From Clostridia bacterium (lineage in GTDB: Bacteria > Bacillota > Clostridia > Oscillospirales > CAG-272), in NCBI GenBank assembly GCA_017631855.1, contig JAGBSP010000020.1, forward strand, positions 7,754 to 71,753: DNA of 64,000 nt, written 5' to 3'. Below the pieces are notes generated by a model. The model had not been told where the DNA came from. It worked only from the letters and a program-made list of their open reading frames with translations, and did not search any database. The translations under genes and the position numbers were made by a program. Shown piece by piece: positions 18,025 to 28,478 of the stretch (position 1 is the first letter of the stretch; every line of letters starts with the position of its first letter).

Positions 18025-18971
18025 CTCCCTGCTACGTAGGCTTTGATACGAGCAACTATACGACCTCGGTCGCCGTTTGCACCGAAGAGGGAAAGATCGT
18101 TGCCAACCTCAAAACACCGCTCCCCGTCAAAGAGGGGCAGAGAGGACTTCGGCAATCGGATGCCGTGTTTGAGCACGTGCGCAATTTGCCTCTGCTGATG
18201 GCTCGGCTGGGGGAAGTGCTCTCCGAGGGAGACTATCAGCCCGTAGCGGTTGGTGTGTCGACCAAGCCGCGTGACGTAGAGGGCTCGTATATGCCGTGCT
18301 TTCTTTCGGGACGAGCGGCGGCAGGCGCATTTGCAGCGGCAGGCAACCTTCCGATCTATGAATTTTCGCACCAAAACGGACACCTGATGGCGGCGCTGTA
18401 TTCCTGCGGCAGAACCGATCTTCTTACGACCGAGCGCTTTTTCGCCTTCCACGTATCGGGCGGTACGACCGAAGCGCTTCTTGTGAAGCCGAACGGAACT
18501 GCCTTTGACGTTCAGCTCGTCGGAGAGACCGACGACATCAACGCAGGGCAGGCAATCGACCGCGTCGGTGTTGCAATGGGGATCGCATTCCCCGCAGGCA
18601 GGGAAATGGAAGCGCTGGCGGCAAGCTACAAGGGGAAGATTTATCGGCATCCCGTTTGCGTTCGCGAGGGAAAATGCAGTTTGTCGGGCGCAGAAAATAT
18701 TGCTCTGAGACTTTACCGCGAGACCGAAAACCCTGCGGCAGTCGCGGCATTTGTCTTTGATTTTATCGGAAAGACGCTCCTTGCAATGGGGGAGGCTATC
18801 GAGGAGACCTACGGAAAACTTCCCGTCGTCTTTGCAGGCGGCGTGATGTCCAACAAACTGATGCGTAAGCGCCTTTCGGAGCGCTTTGACGCATCCTTTG
18901 CCGAACCCGAGTTTTCGGCAGACAACGCGGCGGGCATTGCACTCCTTTGCCGCCGAAATCACCAAAACTAA
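18021..18971 (+). CDS. TsaD/Kae1-like (peptidase M22 family) protein
   Basis: GFDTSNYTTS, HQNGH, HVSGGTTE, GQAIDRVG, DNAAGIA. Confidence 0.8.
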   Translation: MTPCYVGFDTSNYTTSVAVCTEEGKIVANLKTPLPVKEGQRGLRQSDAVFEHVRNLPLLMARLGEVLSEGDYQPVAVGVSTKPRDVEGSYMPCFLSGRAAAGAFAAAGNLPIYEFSHQNGHLMAALYSCGRTDLLTTERFFAFHVSGGTTEALLVKPNGTAFDVQLVGETDDINAGQAIDRVGVAMGIAFPAGREMEALAASYKGKIYRHPVCVREGKCSLSGAENIALRLYRETENPAAVAAFVFDFIGKTLLAMGEAIEETYGKLPVVFAGGVMSNKLMRKRLSERFDASFAEPEFSADNAAGIALLCRRNHQN

Positions 18972-18997
18972 TCCAAAAATCCGTAAAGGAGAGAAGA

Positions 18998-20236
18998 ATG
19001 AATCAACAAAATATTCCCGCCTTTACGGTGACCGATCTCAATCGGTATATCAAATCGCTGATCACCGCAGACGAGGTGCTTTCCTCGGTTACCGTGCGCG
19101 GCGAGATTTCGAATTTTAAAGCACATACCAGCGGACATCTGTATTTTACCATCAAGGACGAGGGCGCAGAGCTCTCCGCCGTGATGTTCCGTGCCGATGC
19201 CGCAAGACTGCCGTTCCGTCCGACCAACGGAATGAACGTGCTGGTCTACGGCAACGTCGACGTCTATGAAAAGAGCGGACGCGTGCAGGTGTACGTGCGT
19301 ACTATGATGGCAGACGGCGTGGGCGCTTTGGCGCAGGCGTACGAGCGACTCAAAAAGAAGCTCGAAGCAGAGGGACTTTTTTCGGAGGAGCGAAAGAAGC
19401 CGCTCCCCGCATTTCCCGAACGCATCGGTGTAATCACAGCTCCCACGGGTGCGGCGATCCGTGATATTCTCAATATCACGGGACGCAGATATCCGCAGGC
19501 AAAGGTGATTCTTTACCCGTCTTTGGTGCAAGGCCCCGATGCGCCGCAGAGTCTGCTTGCGGGTGTGGAATATTTCAACGCGGCAGAGGCGTGCGACGTC
19601 ATCATTCTCGGCAGAGGCGGCGGCTCGATCGAAGACCTTTGGGCATTCAACGACGAATCCCTCGTCCGTGCCGTGGCGGCATCGAAGATTCCCGTGATTT
19701 CGGCAGTCGGACACGAAACCGACTTCACCCTCTGCGATTTTGCGGCAGACCGACGTGCACCAACCCCCTCGGCGGCGGCAGAGCTTGCCGTGCCCGACCG
19801 AGCGGTACTGCAAGGAAAAACGGCAGAGAGCTTTGCACAGCTTTCCCGCTTGATGGATAAAAAGATCCGTACGGCACAGTTTTTGCTGGATTCCCGTGCA
19901 AAGAGCCTCGCGCTTCTTTCTCCCGAAGGACGGCTTCAGCGCAACCGCAAGGAGCTTGGATATATGTCCGACGGAATGGAGCGGGCAATGGCAAAGATTC
20001 TTCAGCGAGATCAGGCGCGACTGAGAGCGTCGGTCGAACAGCTCGGAGCACTCAACCCCTTGGCGATTTTGCAGAGAGGATACAGCGCCGTGCGCGATGC
20101 GGACGGACACGTGCTCGCATCGGTGGAGCGCTTGGAAATCGGACAGAGTGTGGAGCTCTTGATGCGCGACGGTATGGCAAAGGCAGAAATTCGAGAAATT
20201 CTTAGGAAGGATGAGCACAGCGATGCAAGAAAATAA
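18998..20236 (+). CDS. xseA: Exodeoxyribonuclease VII large subunit
   Basis: GEISNF, SGHLYF, RGGGSIEDLWAFN, SAVGHETD, APTPS. Confidence 0.97.
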   Translation: MNQQNIPAFTVTDLNRYIKSLITADEVLSSVTVRGEISNFKAHTSGHLYFTIKDEGAELSAVMFRADAARLPFRPTNGMNVLVYGNVDVYEKSGRVQVYVRTMMADGVGALAQAYERLKKKLEAEGLFSEERKKPLPAFPERIGVITAPTGAAIRDILNITGRRYPQAKVILYPSLVQGPDAPQSLLAGVEYFNAAEACDVIILGRGGGSIEDLWAFNDESLVRAVAASKIPVISAVGHETDFTLCDFAADRRAPTPSAAAELAVPDRAVLQGKTAESFAQLSRLMDKKIRTAQFLLDSRAKSLALLSPEGRLQRNRKELGYMSDGMERAMAKILQRDQARLRASVEQLGALNPLAILQRGYSAVRDADGHVLASVERLEIGQSVELLMRDGMAKAEIREILRKDEHSDARK

Positions 20237-20468
20237 AGAAATGAAATTAGAAGAGGCGATGAAGCGTCTGGATGAGATCCTTTCGTCGCTCAACGAAGAA
20301 AATATTGACCTCGAAGCGGCAATGAAGCTTTACGAGGAAGGCGTGCGCACCGTGGCGTTTTGTCAGAAAAAGCTCGCCGAGGCAGAAAGAAAGATCAGCC
20401 TTTTGAAGATCACCGCGGACGGAGAGCTCGTCGAAGCACCGTTTGAGGTGGAACGCACCGAAGCCTGA
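20223..20468 (+). CDS. xseB: Exodeoxyribonuclease VII small subunit
   Basis: [11 protein letters not shown]...LE...LYEEG; directly after xseA. Confidence 0.93.
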   Translation: MQENKEMKLEEAMKRLDEILSSLNEENIDLEAAMKLYEEGVRTVAFCQKKLAEAERKISLLKITADGELVEAPFEVERTEA

Positions 20469-20479
20469 GGAGAAACAAA

Positions 20480-21379
20480 ATGAAAGAAAGTATGACCCTT
20501 TTGAAGCAGACGATGACCCTTCACGCAGAGCGCGTGGAGAAGGCACTTGCTGCCTATACCCAAGCCCCCGACGAAGATTTGCAGATTCTGTTTGATGCCG
20601 AGGAATATTCCTTGCTTGCAGGCGGAAAGAGAATTCGCCCCTTCCTTGTCAACGAGGTCTGCCGTATGCTCGGCGGCAATGAGAGCGCATCGATGCCCTT
20701 TGCGTGCGCGCTCGAGATGATTCATACCTATTCGCTCATCCACGACGATCTTCCGTGTATGGACGACGACGATTTGCGCCGCGGAAAGCCGACGAATCAC
20801 AAAAAATTCGGATACGCGAACGCACTGTTAGCAGGCGACGCTCTGCTGACCAAGGCATTCTTCGTCGCATCCTCGAACCCGAACGTTGATCGCGCCACAG
20901 CGGCAGAAGCGGTTTTGCTTCTTTCCGAGGCGGCGGGCGAGATCGGAATGATCGGCGGACAGATTATGGATCTTGCGGGCGAGCACAAAAAACTCTCGCT
21001 CGAGCAGCTGCACCGACTTCATTCGATGAAAACAGGCGCGCTCATCCGCGTTGCGGTACAGCTTGGCGCACTTGCGGCAGGCTTTGACCGAGATAGCGAC
21101 GAAATGCGCTCAGCGGTCGCCTATGCCGAAAAGATCGGTCTTTGCTTCCAGGTCATCGACGATATTCTCGACGCAACGGGTAGCGAGGAAGAGCTTGGAA
21201 AGAGCGTCGGCGGTGATGCCGAGCACGAAAAGACGACCTTCCTGTCGTATTACAGCGTCGAAGGCGCCAAGGAATATGCCGCACTTCTTACGGCAGAAGC
21301 AATTTCGGCAATTTCTCCGATGAAGGACTCCGAGGTCCTGACCGACCTTGCCGTTTATTTGTTGGAGAGAACCTATTAA
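20480..21379 (+). CDS. ispA: Farnesyl/geranylgeranyl diphosphate synthase
   Basis: [36 protein letters not shown]. Confidence 0.95.
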   Translation: MKESMTLLKQTMTLHAERVEKALAAYTQAPDEDLQILFDAEEYSLLAGGKRIRPFLVNEVCRMLGGNESASMPFACALEMIHTYSLIHDDLPCMDDDDLRRGKPTNHKKFGYANALLAGDALLTKAFFVASSNPNVDRATAAEAVLLLSEAAGEIGMIGGQIMDLAGEHKKLSLEQLHRLHSMKTGALIRVAVQLGALAAGFDRDSDEMRSAVAYAEKIGLCFQVIDDILDATGSEEELGKSVGGDAEHEKTTFLSYYSVEGAKEYAALLTAEAISAISPMKDSEVLTDLAVYLLERTY

Positions 21380-21393
21380 ATTTTGGGAGTATT

Positions 21394-22176
21394 ATGAGAG
21401 TTGACGTGTATTTGGCGGCGGCAGGACATACTGCCAGCCGAAAAAAAGCGCAGGATCTGATCGATGCGGGCGCAGTAAAGATCGACGGAGAGATCGTCAA
21501 AAAGTCGTCTGCCGTCATCAACGAAGCTCTGCCGCACGAGGTCGTGATCGAGCAGGTGTTCAAGTACGTCAGCCGTGGCGGAATGAAGCTTGAAGCGGCG
21601 CTCGATGCCTTCCGCGTCAGCGTCAACCGAAAAAAAGCCGTCGACGTCGGCGCGTCCACAGGCGGATTTACCGATTGCCTCTTGCAACGGGGAGCAACGT
21701 GCGTTTATTCGATTGATGCGGGCATCGGTCAGCTGCACGAAACGCTTCGTGCCGATGCGAGAGTGCACTGTATCGAGCAGTTTAACGCGAGAAACCTGAC
21801 CGAAGAGGTCACCGAGGGGCTTTGCGACCTCGCAGTCACCGACGTTTCCTTTATTTCGCAAACCTATCTCATTCCGCAGATTGCTTCGGTGCTCAGGGCA
21901 AACGGAGAGTTTGTCAGCCTGATCAAGCCGCAGTTTGAGGCAGGGAAGAGTGCGCTTGGTAAAAACGGTGTCGTCCATAACGGCGCATACCGATTCCTTG
22001 CCGTCAAGCGTGTGCTCGAATGTGCGATGGCAAACGGGCTCGATTGTGTCGGAGTCATTCCTTCACCCATTGAGGGGGGCGACGGCAATAAAGAATATCT
22101 CGCGTATTTTATCAAACGAACGGTTCTTGTACCAAAGATCGACGACGCAACGCTTCGTCGGATCACGGCAAGATAA
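21394..22176 (+). CDS. tlyA: TlyA family rRNA 2'-O-methyltransferase
   Basis: S4 domain, YVSRGG.KL, DVGASTGGFTD, DVSFIS, LIKPQFE, GN.EY. Confidence 0.95.
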   Translation: MRVDVYLAAAGHTASRKKAQDLIDAGAVKIDGEIVKKSSAVINEALPHEVVIEQVFKYVSRGGMKLEAALDAFRVSVNRKKAVDVGASTGGFTDCLLQRGATCVYSIDAGIGQLHETLRADARVHCIEQFNARNLTEEVTEGLCDLAVTDVSFISQTYLIPQIASVLRANGEFVSLIKPQFEAGKSALGKNGVVHNGAYRFLAVKRVLECAMANGLDCVGVIPSPIEGGDGNKEYLAYFIKRTVLVPKIDDATLRRITAR

Positions 22177-22201
22177 CCGCTTCGGAAAGGTGGAACATAC
22201 A

Positions 22202-23071
22202 GTGAAAAAAGTAGCGCTGATTACGAATTTTAATATTTCCGAAAAGCTTTCGGCAGGAATGAAGGTGGCAGAGAGGCTCGTCGGACGGGTAGAGGAGATT
22301 ATGATTCCCGTCGCGTACAAAGAGCGAATTCTGCGCAATCAGAGCCATCGAAAGGAATTCGGATATTACACGCCCGAAGAGATTTATACAAGCGCAGAGC
22401 TCATTATCGCGCTCGGCGGCGACGGTGCAATGCTGGATGCTGCACGCAGAGCCGCCCCCGCGGGTATTCCGATTCTCGGAATCAATATGGGGCGCATCGG
22501 ATATATGACCGAAATGGAAATGGATGAGCTCGATCTTCTCGATCGCGTGTTTGACGGAAACTATCGCATAGATGAGCGCACGATGCTTCGTGCTGAGGTG
22601 CTTTCGACGAGTGGACAGTCCAAATTTTCGAGCTATGCGCTCAATGAAGCCACTATTACGGGCGGAGCGGCGGCACGCATTGTCGATCTCGAGCTTTCGG
22701 ACGGCGATGAGCTGATCTATACTTACCGTGCCGACGGAATTCTCGTGGCAACCCCCACGGGTTCTACGGCATATTCGCTGTCGGCAGGAGGACCAATCGT
22801 TGACCCCAAGCTCTCTTGCTTCTGCGTCACACCCATCTGTCCGCATTCTCTCTTGGCAAGACCGCTCGTATTTCCCGATACGGCAAAACTGAAGATCAAA
22901 AATATCTGCAACCGCGAAAAGGTATTGCACCTCACACTCGACGGCAGAGGAACCTTTGATCTCTATTACGGCGACGTCGTGCAGATCACACGTGCATCGA
23001 GAACGGTAAAACTCCTTCGGATGAAGGACGAAAGCTTTTACGCGAAAATTCGTATGAAAAAATTTTTGTAA
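22202..23071 (+). CDS. nadK: NAD(+) kinase
   Basis: LGGDG, GINMG.IG, ALNE, ATPTGSTAYSLSAGGP; GTG start inferred. Confidence 0.93.
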   Translation: MKKVALITNFNISEKLSAGMKVAERLVGRVEEIMIPVAYKERILRNQSHRKEFGYYTPEEIYTSAELIIALGGDGAMLDAARRAAPAGIPILGINMGRIGYMTEMEMDELDLLDRVFDGNYRIDERTMLRAEVLSTSGQSKFSSYALNEATITGGAAARIVDLELSDGDELIYTYRADGILVATPTGSTAYSLSAGGPIVDPKLSCFCVTPICPHSLLARPLVFPDTAKLKIKNICNREKVLHLTLDGRGTFDLYYGDVVQITRASRTVKLLRMKDESFYAKIRMKKFL

Positions 23072-23089
23072 GAAGAGTACGGAGAAACT

Positions 23090-23545
23090 ATGAAATCGGA
23101 AAGACAAAACAGAATTTTAGAGCTGGTTGCCAAATATGAAATCGAAACGCAGGAGGAGATGATCGAACGCCTGCGCAACGAGGGTTATCGCGTTACACAG
23201 GCAACTGTGTCCCGCGACCTCAAGGAATTAAAGCTTTCCAAGGCGCTCACGGCACGCGGAACCTATCGCTATTGCGTCAGCTCAAGTAGAAATCATACGG
23301 GCAATATGCGTCTGAATAACGCAATGGCAGATTCGATCGTCAGCGTCCAGTATTCGATGAACAACGTCGTCATCAAGACCTATCCGGGTCTTGCGCAAGC
23401 GGTAGCATCCTCGGTCGATTCCTTGAATATGCACAATATTCTCGGATCGGTGGCGGGCGACGATACCATCATTCTCGTCACGACCGACGAGGAAAGCTCG
23501 ATCGAGCTGAGCACGAAAATTCAGGAGCTGATGAAAACCTTCTGA
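23090..23545 (+). CDS. argR: Arginine repressor
   Basis: TQATVSRDLKEL, GSVAGDDTI. Confidence 0.96.
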   Translation: MKSERQNRILELVAKYEIETQEEMIERLRNEGYRVTQATVSRDLKELKLSKALTARGTYRYCVSSSRNHTGNMRLNNAMADSIVSVQYSMNNVVIKTYPGLAQAVASSVDSLNMHNILGSVAGDDTIILVTTDEESSIELSTKIQELMKTF

Positions 23546-23563
23546 CCTTCTTTGAGGTGAATT

Positions 23564-25237
23564 ATGATTGAATCTCTGCATATTGAAAATATTGCCGTCA
23601 TCAAATCGCTGGATCTCGATTTCGGAGAGGGAATGACTGTCCTTTCAGGCGAAACGGGCGCGGGAAAATCCATCATTATGGATAGCCTCGGACTTTTGCT
23701 CGGAGGCAGAGCCGAAAAGGAGCTGATCCGTACGGGAGAAGCGCGCGCCGAGGTTTCGGCGGTCTTTTCGCATCTCTCGGGGCAGACGGTAGAGCTTCTC
23801 ACAGAGCTTGGATTTTCAAGCGAGGACGAGTCGATGATGCTCTCACGAACGATCACGCAAAGCTCGTCGAGTGCGCGCCTCAACGGAAGAGCTATTCCGA
23901 TCTCGGTCCTGCGTGAGATTGCAGGAACGCTATTCAATATTCACGGACAAAACGATAACCAACAGCTTCTCGATCCCAAAAACCATATTTTCTTGATCGA
24001 TGCGTATGCCGACGTCATAGCAAAGCGCGAAGAGTATGCGACTGTCTATCGGGAGATTTTGCACAAGAGAGCCGAAATCGATAGCTTGCAGAGAGATGCC
24101 AAGGAGCAAAACCGACTCTCGGAAATTCTTCGCTATCAGATTGCCGACATCGATGCGGGAAAACTGAAAATCGGGGAGGAAGAAGCACTCACCGAGCTGA
24201 CGAAGAAGCTTCGGAGTGTCGAGCAGATTACGAAGTGCGTCACGCTCGTCGAAAAAGCCCTCAGAGGCGGCGAAAAGGGAAAGGGCGCTATCTACCTGAC
24301 CGACCGCTCTGCCGAGGCTCTCGGCACGATTTCAGACGCTCTGCCCGAAGCAGAACAGCTCGTCGAGCGACTGACCAATATTCGCTATGAGTTGGAGGAC
24401 ATCGCCGAGTGCGTGGCGGATCTCGATGAATTCGGTGGAGATGACGCACTCGAAAAGCTTGACCGCGCGGAGGGACGCCTGAGTACCATCGAAAAGCTCA
24501 AGCGGAAGTACGGAAGCACGGTGGAGGAAATTCTCGCTTTCCGTCGGGATGCGGCAGAAAAGCTAGACGCCATCGAGCACGCGGAGGACCGCATCATCGA
24601 GCTTCGAGAGGAGCTCCAAAGCATCGAAGCGCGGGCAAAGGAAATGGCAAAAGCGCTCAGCGAACAGCGAAAAACAGCGGCAAAGGGACTGACCGCAAAT
24701 ATCAAGGAAACGCTTGCTTTCCTCGATATGCCCAAGGTGCGCTTTGAGGTTGGAATGAAGCCCACGAAGGACTTTACAGCAAACGGATGCGACGAGGTAG
24801 AATTCCTGATCGCGACCAACGCGGGAGAACCGCTGATGCCGATGGCAAAGATCGCGTCGGGTGGAGAGCTTGCAAGAATTATGCTGTCGATCAAGAACGT
24901 GCTCAACGAGTGCGACGGAGTCAATACCGTGATCTTTGACGAGATTGATACGGGAATTTCGGGCAAGACCTCGCGCAAGGTAGGAATCAAGCTCAAGGAA
25001 ATCGGAAAGAGCGCGCAGGTTCTTTGCGTTACGCATTCGGCACAGATTGCGTCGCTCGCAACGCATCATCTGTATATTTCCAAAAAGGAGATCGACGGAC
25101 GGGTGCAGACCGAACTCAGAGAACTCGACGAAGAGGGAAGAGTGGCGGAGATCGCACGAATTCTCGGTGGAATCGAGGTCACCGAGGCGCAAAGAGAAGC
25201 CGCCCGTGAGATGATCGACGAGGGCAAAAATTATTAA
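23564..25237 (+). CDS. recN: DNA repair protein RecN
   Basis: GETGAGKS, IHGQ, ASGGELAR, FDEIDTGISG, CVTH. Confidence 0.97.
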   Translation: MIESLHIENIAVIKSLDLDFGEGMTVLSGETGAGKSIIMDSLGLLLGGRAEKELIRTGEARAEVSAVFSHLSGQTVELLTELGFSSEDESMMLSRTITQSSSSARLNGRAIPISVLREIAGTLFNIHGQNDNQQLLDPKNHIFLIDAYADVIAKREEYATVYREILHKRAEIDSLQRDAKEQNRLSEILRYQIADIDAGKLKIGEEEALTELTKKLRSVEQITKCVTLVEKALRGGEKGKGAIYLTDRSAEALGTISDALPEAEQLVERLTNIRYELEDIAECVADLDEFGGDDALEKLDRAEGRLSTIEKLKRKYGSTVEEILAFRRDAAEKLDAIEHAEDRIIELREELQSIEARAKEMAKALSEQRKTAAKGLTANIKETLAFLDMPKVRFEVGMKPTKDFTANGCDEVEFLIATNAGEPLMPMAKIASGGELARIMLSIKNVLNECDGVNTVIFDEIDTGISGKTSRKVGIKLKEIGKSAQVLCVTHSAQIASLATHHLYISKKEIDGRVQTELRELDEEGRVAEIARILGGIEVTEAQREAAREMIDEGKNY

Positions 25238-25257
25238 AAGAAAAATGTAAAATACTA

Positions 25258-25286
25258 TTGACAAAGAAAAGAATTTGTGATATAAT
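25258..25286 (+). promoter_or_regulatory. Consensus sigma-A promoter of tRNA-Leu
   Basis: TTGACA-17 bp-TATAAT with extended TG. Confidence 0.85.
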
Positions 25287-25321
25287 ATCATCTGTTCCGA
25301 GAAAATCGGAGCAGATCATAT

Positions 25322-25408
25322 GCGGGTATGGCGGAATTGGCAGACGCGCTAGATTCAGGTTCTAGTGGGGGCAACTTCGTGAAGGTTCAAGTCCTTTTAC
25401 CCGCACCA
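25322..25408 (+). tRNA. tRNA-Leu(CAG)
   Basis: GCGGGTA/TACCCGC acceptor stem, CTAGA-TTCAGGT-TCTAG anticodon arm, long variable arm, GGTTCAAGTCC T-arm, encoded CCA. Confidence 0.96.
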
Positions 25409-25623
25409 AACAAAAAAACGGTACGCAAAAGCGTGCCGTTTTTTTGTTTGGTGCGGACAAAGCTTCGCAGAAGCTTCCCGCCGCAAGCAAAGTTTTCAAA
25501 TTCAGAAAAACAATCAAGCGGCGGGCAACGTTTGCAAAGCAAACTTGCCGTCGAGCAAAGCGAGACATGGTTCACAGTCCTTTTACCCGCATCCAAAAAG
25601 ACCGTTTTCGAACGGTCTTTTTT
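25409..25623 (+). repeat. tRNA-tail element: hairpins ending in a degenerate direct copy of the tRNA-Leu 3' end (25569-25595) and a second terminator
   Basis: GGTTCACAGTCCTTTTACCCGCATCCA versus the tRNA's GGTTCAAGTCCTTTTACCCGCACCA. Confidence 0.75.
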
Positions 25624-25770
25624 CGTTTTAAATCAAAAGCAAGCGCTTCTTTTTCATAAAATGAAAATTCTACAAAATAAAACTATAAAAAGTTAAATGT
25701 TCACAAAAAGTTCATAAAGTTCTGCTATACTATATATTGGTAAAAATTGATTGAAAAGGAGTTACAACTT

Positions 25771-26922
25771 ATGGCATTGACATATATCATCAATGGCAAA
25801 ATCGTTCTTCCCGACGCGGTTGTTTGCGGCAAAGCGCTTGCATTTGACAGCGAAAGCGGAACCATTTTTGGCGTGGTGGACGAGCTCCCCGCAAACGCAG
25901 CAACCATTGACGCAGGCGGAAATTACGTTGCCCCCGGTCTTGTGGATATCCATATTCACGGATATCTCGGTGATGATACCTGTGACGCAAATCCCGAGGG
26001 AATCAGAAAGATGGCGTACGGCGTTGCGAAAAACGGAGTTACGGCATTCCTTCCCACTACGATGACGGTGGCAAAGGACGAGATTGTTGCCGCCCTTGAC
26101 AACGTACGTTCTCTCAAGGAAGAGAGCAAGACTTGGGACGGAGCAGAGATCCTCGGCATTCACGCAGAGGGACCGTTCATCAATCCCTCGAAGAAGGGAG
26201 CACAGGCAGAAGAGAATATTCTCGCGCCCGATGCGGACTTCATCATCGAGCATTCGGATATCATCAAGCTCGTCACGCTCGCACCCGAAATGGACAAGGA
26301 TCATAAGTGCATCAAGAAGCTTGCGGCAGAATCGGACGTGCTCGTTTCGATGGGACATACCGACGCAACCTTTGAGGAAGCAATGAGCGCGGCAAAGGAC
26401 GGAGTTAACCACGCAACCCACCTCTTCAATGCAATGTCGGCATTGGCACACAGAAATCCCGGCGTGGTCGGCGCGGCGCTCGCCTCCGAGAACGTCTCGG
26501 TCGAGGTCATTGCCGATACCTTCCACATCAACCCCGGTCTCTATTCGATTATCGCAAAGGTCAAGGGCGACAAGATGGTGCTGATCACCGACTGTACCCG
26601 TGCAGGCGGAATGGAAGACGGAGAATACGACCTTGGCGGACAGCCGATTTTCTTGAAGGGAATTGAGTGCCGTCTTGCCGACGGTACGATCGCGGGAAGC
26701 GTGCTGAAGCTCAATTCGGCAGTGAAAAACGTACTCGATTACACCGACCTTCCCGTACACGAGGTGTTCAATATGGCATCTCTCAACCCTGCCACCGCAA
26801 TTCATTGCGCGGATCGTCTTGGTTCGCTCGAGGCAGGTAAGGACGCGAACATCATTATTGCGGATGCAAATATCAATATCATAAGAACCATCAAGAAAGG
26901 ACAAACCATTTATGAAGCTTAA
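25771..26922 (+). CDS. nagA: N-acetylglucosamine-6-phosphate deacetylase
   Basis: PGLVDIHIHG, H.EGPF, TLAPE, GHT.A, THLFNAM, LITD, IAGS, SLNPA. Confidence 0.95.
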   Translation: MALTYIINGKIVLPDAVVCGKALAFDSESGTIFGVVDELPANAATIDAGGNYVAPGLVDIHIHGYLGDDTCDANPEGIRKMAYGVAKNGVTAFLPTTMTVAKDEIVAALDNVRSLKEESKTWDGAEILGIHAEGPFINPSKKGAQAEENILAPDADFIIEHSDIIKLVTLAPEMDKDHKCIKKLAAESDVLVSMGHTDATFEEAMSAAKDGVNHATHLFNAMSALAHRNPGVVGAALASENVSVEVIADTFHINPGLYSIIAKVKGDKMVLITDCTRAGGMEDGEYDLGGQPIFLKGIECRLADGTIAGSVLKLNSAVKNVLDYTDLPVHEVFNMASLNPATAIHCADRLGSLEAGKDANIIIADANINIIRTIKKGQTIYEA

Positions 26923-28297
26923 AGTAAATGCACCACTCGATCCCGGCTTTATGCCGATGGCGGTTGTATACCGCGATTTCGAAGCAGCAGTCAAGGCTGA
27001 GGGCGGAGAGAAGCTGACGATCGGACTGGAGAGAAACAACGGTCTTGTTTCCGTATTTACCGTTGAGGTATTTAAGGAAGGCACGGGCCACGACGCAGAG
27101 AACCACGACTTTGTTGAAAGAATCGTCAAGTCGCTTCTTTGGATGCGCGGCGGTTATAAGGTCATCATCGCAGGCTCGAAGCTGATCGCAGATCAGATCA
27201 AGGCAGACTATTCCGAGGGCGGAATCCGCGCGTTCGACAGCGAATTTATGTCGGGCGTATTCGAGGCTCCGTTTGAGGTCATCCACGTTCCTTTCGCAGA
27301 GGCTCCCGTAGCAAACGAAACGGCAGCTCCTGTCGGAAGACATCTCGACGGTTGCCGCATCGGCTTTGATGCAGGCGGAAGTGACCGTAAGGTCAGTGCT
27401 GTCGTTGAGGGCGAGGCTACATATTCTGAAGAAGTCGTTTGGTTCCCCAAACTCCAGAATGATCCCCAGTATCACTATGAGGGAATTATGGACGCAATGA
27501 AGACGGCGGCGTCCAAGATGCCCAGAGTAGATGCCATCGGTGTATCCACCGCAGGCGTTGTCATCGGAAACCGCATTATGACCTCTTCGCTCTTCCTGAA
27601 GGTAAAGAACGAGAATCCCGAAGCATTCGAGAAGGTCGTTAAGAATATTTACACCGATATCGCAAAAGAGCTTGGCGACGTTCCGATCGAGGTTGCAAAC
27701 GACGGTGACGTTACCGCACTCGCAGGCGCAATGGATCTTGGTGACACCAACGTTCTCGGTGTTGCAATGGGAACCAGTGAGGCAGGCGGATACGTTGACG
27801 GCAACGGCAACATCACGGGCTGGCTCAACGAGCTTGCGTTCGTACCCGCAGACTTCAATAAAGAGGCAATGCTTGACGAGTGGTCGGGCGACTATGGTTG
27901 CGGTGTCAAGTACTTCTCGCAGGACGCAGTTATCAAGCTTGCTCCCGCCGCAGGAATTGAGCTTGATGCAAACGCATCTCCCGCAGAGAAGCTGAAGGTC
28001 GTTCAGGGCCTGATGGCACAGGGCGACGAGCGCGCAGCAAAGATCTACGAAACCATCGGTGCATATTTCGGATATGCAGTTGCTTATTACGCAATTTTCT
28101 ACGATATCAAGCACGTTCTCCTGATGGGACGCGTATCCTCGGGTGAGGGCGGATGCATTCTTCACAGAAATGCACAGAAGGTTCTCGCAGAGGAATTCCC
28201 CGAGCTCGCAGAGAAGATCACCATTCATCTTCCCGACGAGAGCAGCCGCCGCGTCGGTCAGTCGATCGCAGCGGCAAGCCTTCCCAAGATCAATTAA
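26912..28297 (+). CDS. ROK-family sugar kinase-like protein with ~150-aa N-terminal extension
   Basis: IGFDAGGSDRK, VANDGDVTALA, GVAMGTSEAGG; overlaps the nagA stop. Confidence 0.75.
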   Translation: MKLKVNAPLDPGFMPMAVVYRDFEAAVKAEGGEKLTIGLERNNGLVSVFTVEVFKEGTGHDAENHDFVERIVKSLLWMRGGYKVIIAGSKLIADQIKADYSEGGIRAFDSEFMSGVFEAPFEVIHVPFAEAPVANETAAPVGRHLDGCRIGFDAGGSDRKVSAVVEGEATYSEEVVWFPKLQNDPQYHYEGIMDAMKTAASKMPRVDAIGVSTAGVVIGNRIMTSSLFLKVKNENPEAFEKVVKNIYTDIAKELGDVPIEVANDGDVTALAGAMDLGDTNVLGVAMGTSEAGGYVDGNGNITGWLNELAFVPADFNKEAMLDEWSGDYGCGVKYFSQDAVIKLAPAAGIELDANASPAEKLKVVQGLMAQGDERAAKIYETIGAYFGYAVAYYAIFYDIKHVLLMGRVSSGEGGCILHRNAQKVLAEEFPELAEKITIHLPDESSRRVGQSIAAASLPKIN

Positions 28298-28314
28298 TCA
28301 ATCGAACGATCATA

Positions 28315-28354
28315 AAAGAATCGACAAGCTCCTCTTGGGGCTTGTCGATTCTTT
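28315..28354 (+). terminator. Intrinsic terminator
   Basis: AAAGAATCGACAAGC...GCTTGTCGATTCTTT. Confidence 0.75.
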
Positions 28355-28478
28355 CATTTTAGGTTTTTTTCCCCACTTTGGGCAAAAAAATGCCCTTTTA
28401 AAAAAACTTTTCCCCACCGTATTGACATCGATTTTTCGGTGTGATATACTCAAATTGTAAAAACAAAAAAGGGGAAGT

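Noticed and set aside
17611-25237. nusB-recN block with a TsaD-like gene and without dxs
   Set aside because: Ordinary Bacillota synteny with common variation; dxs may lie elsewhere in the genome.
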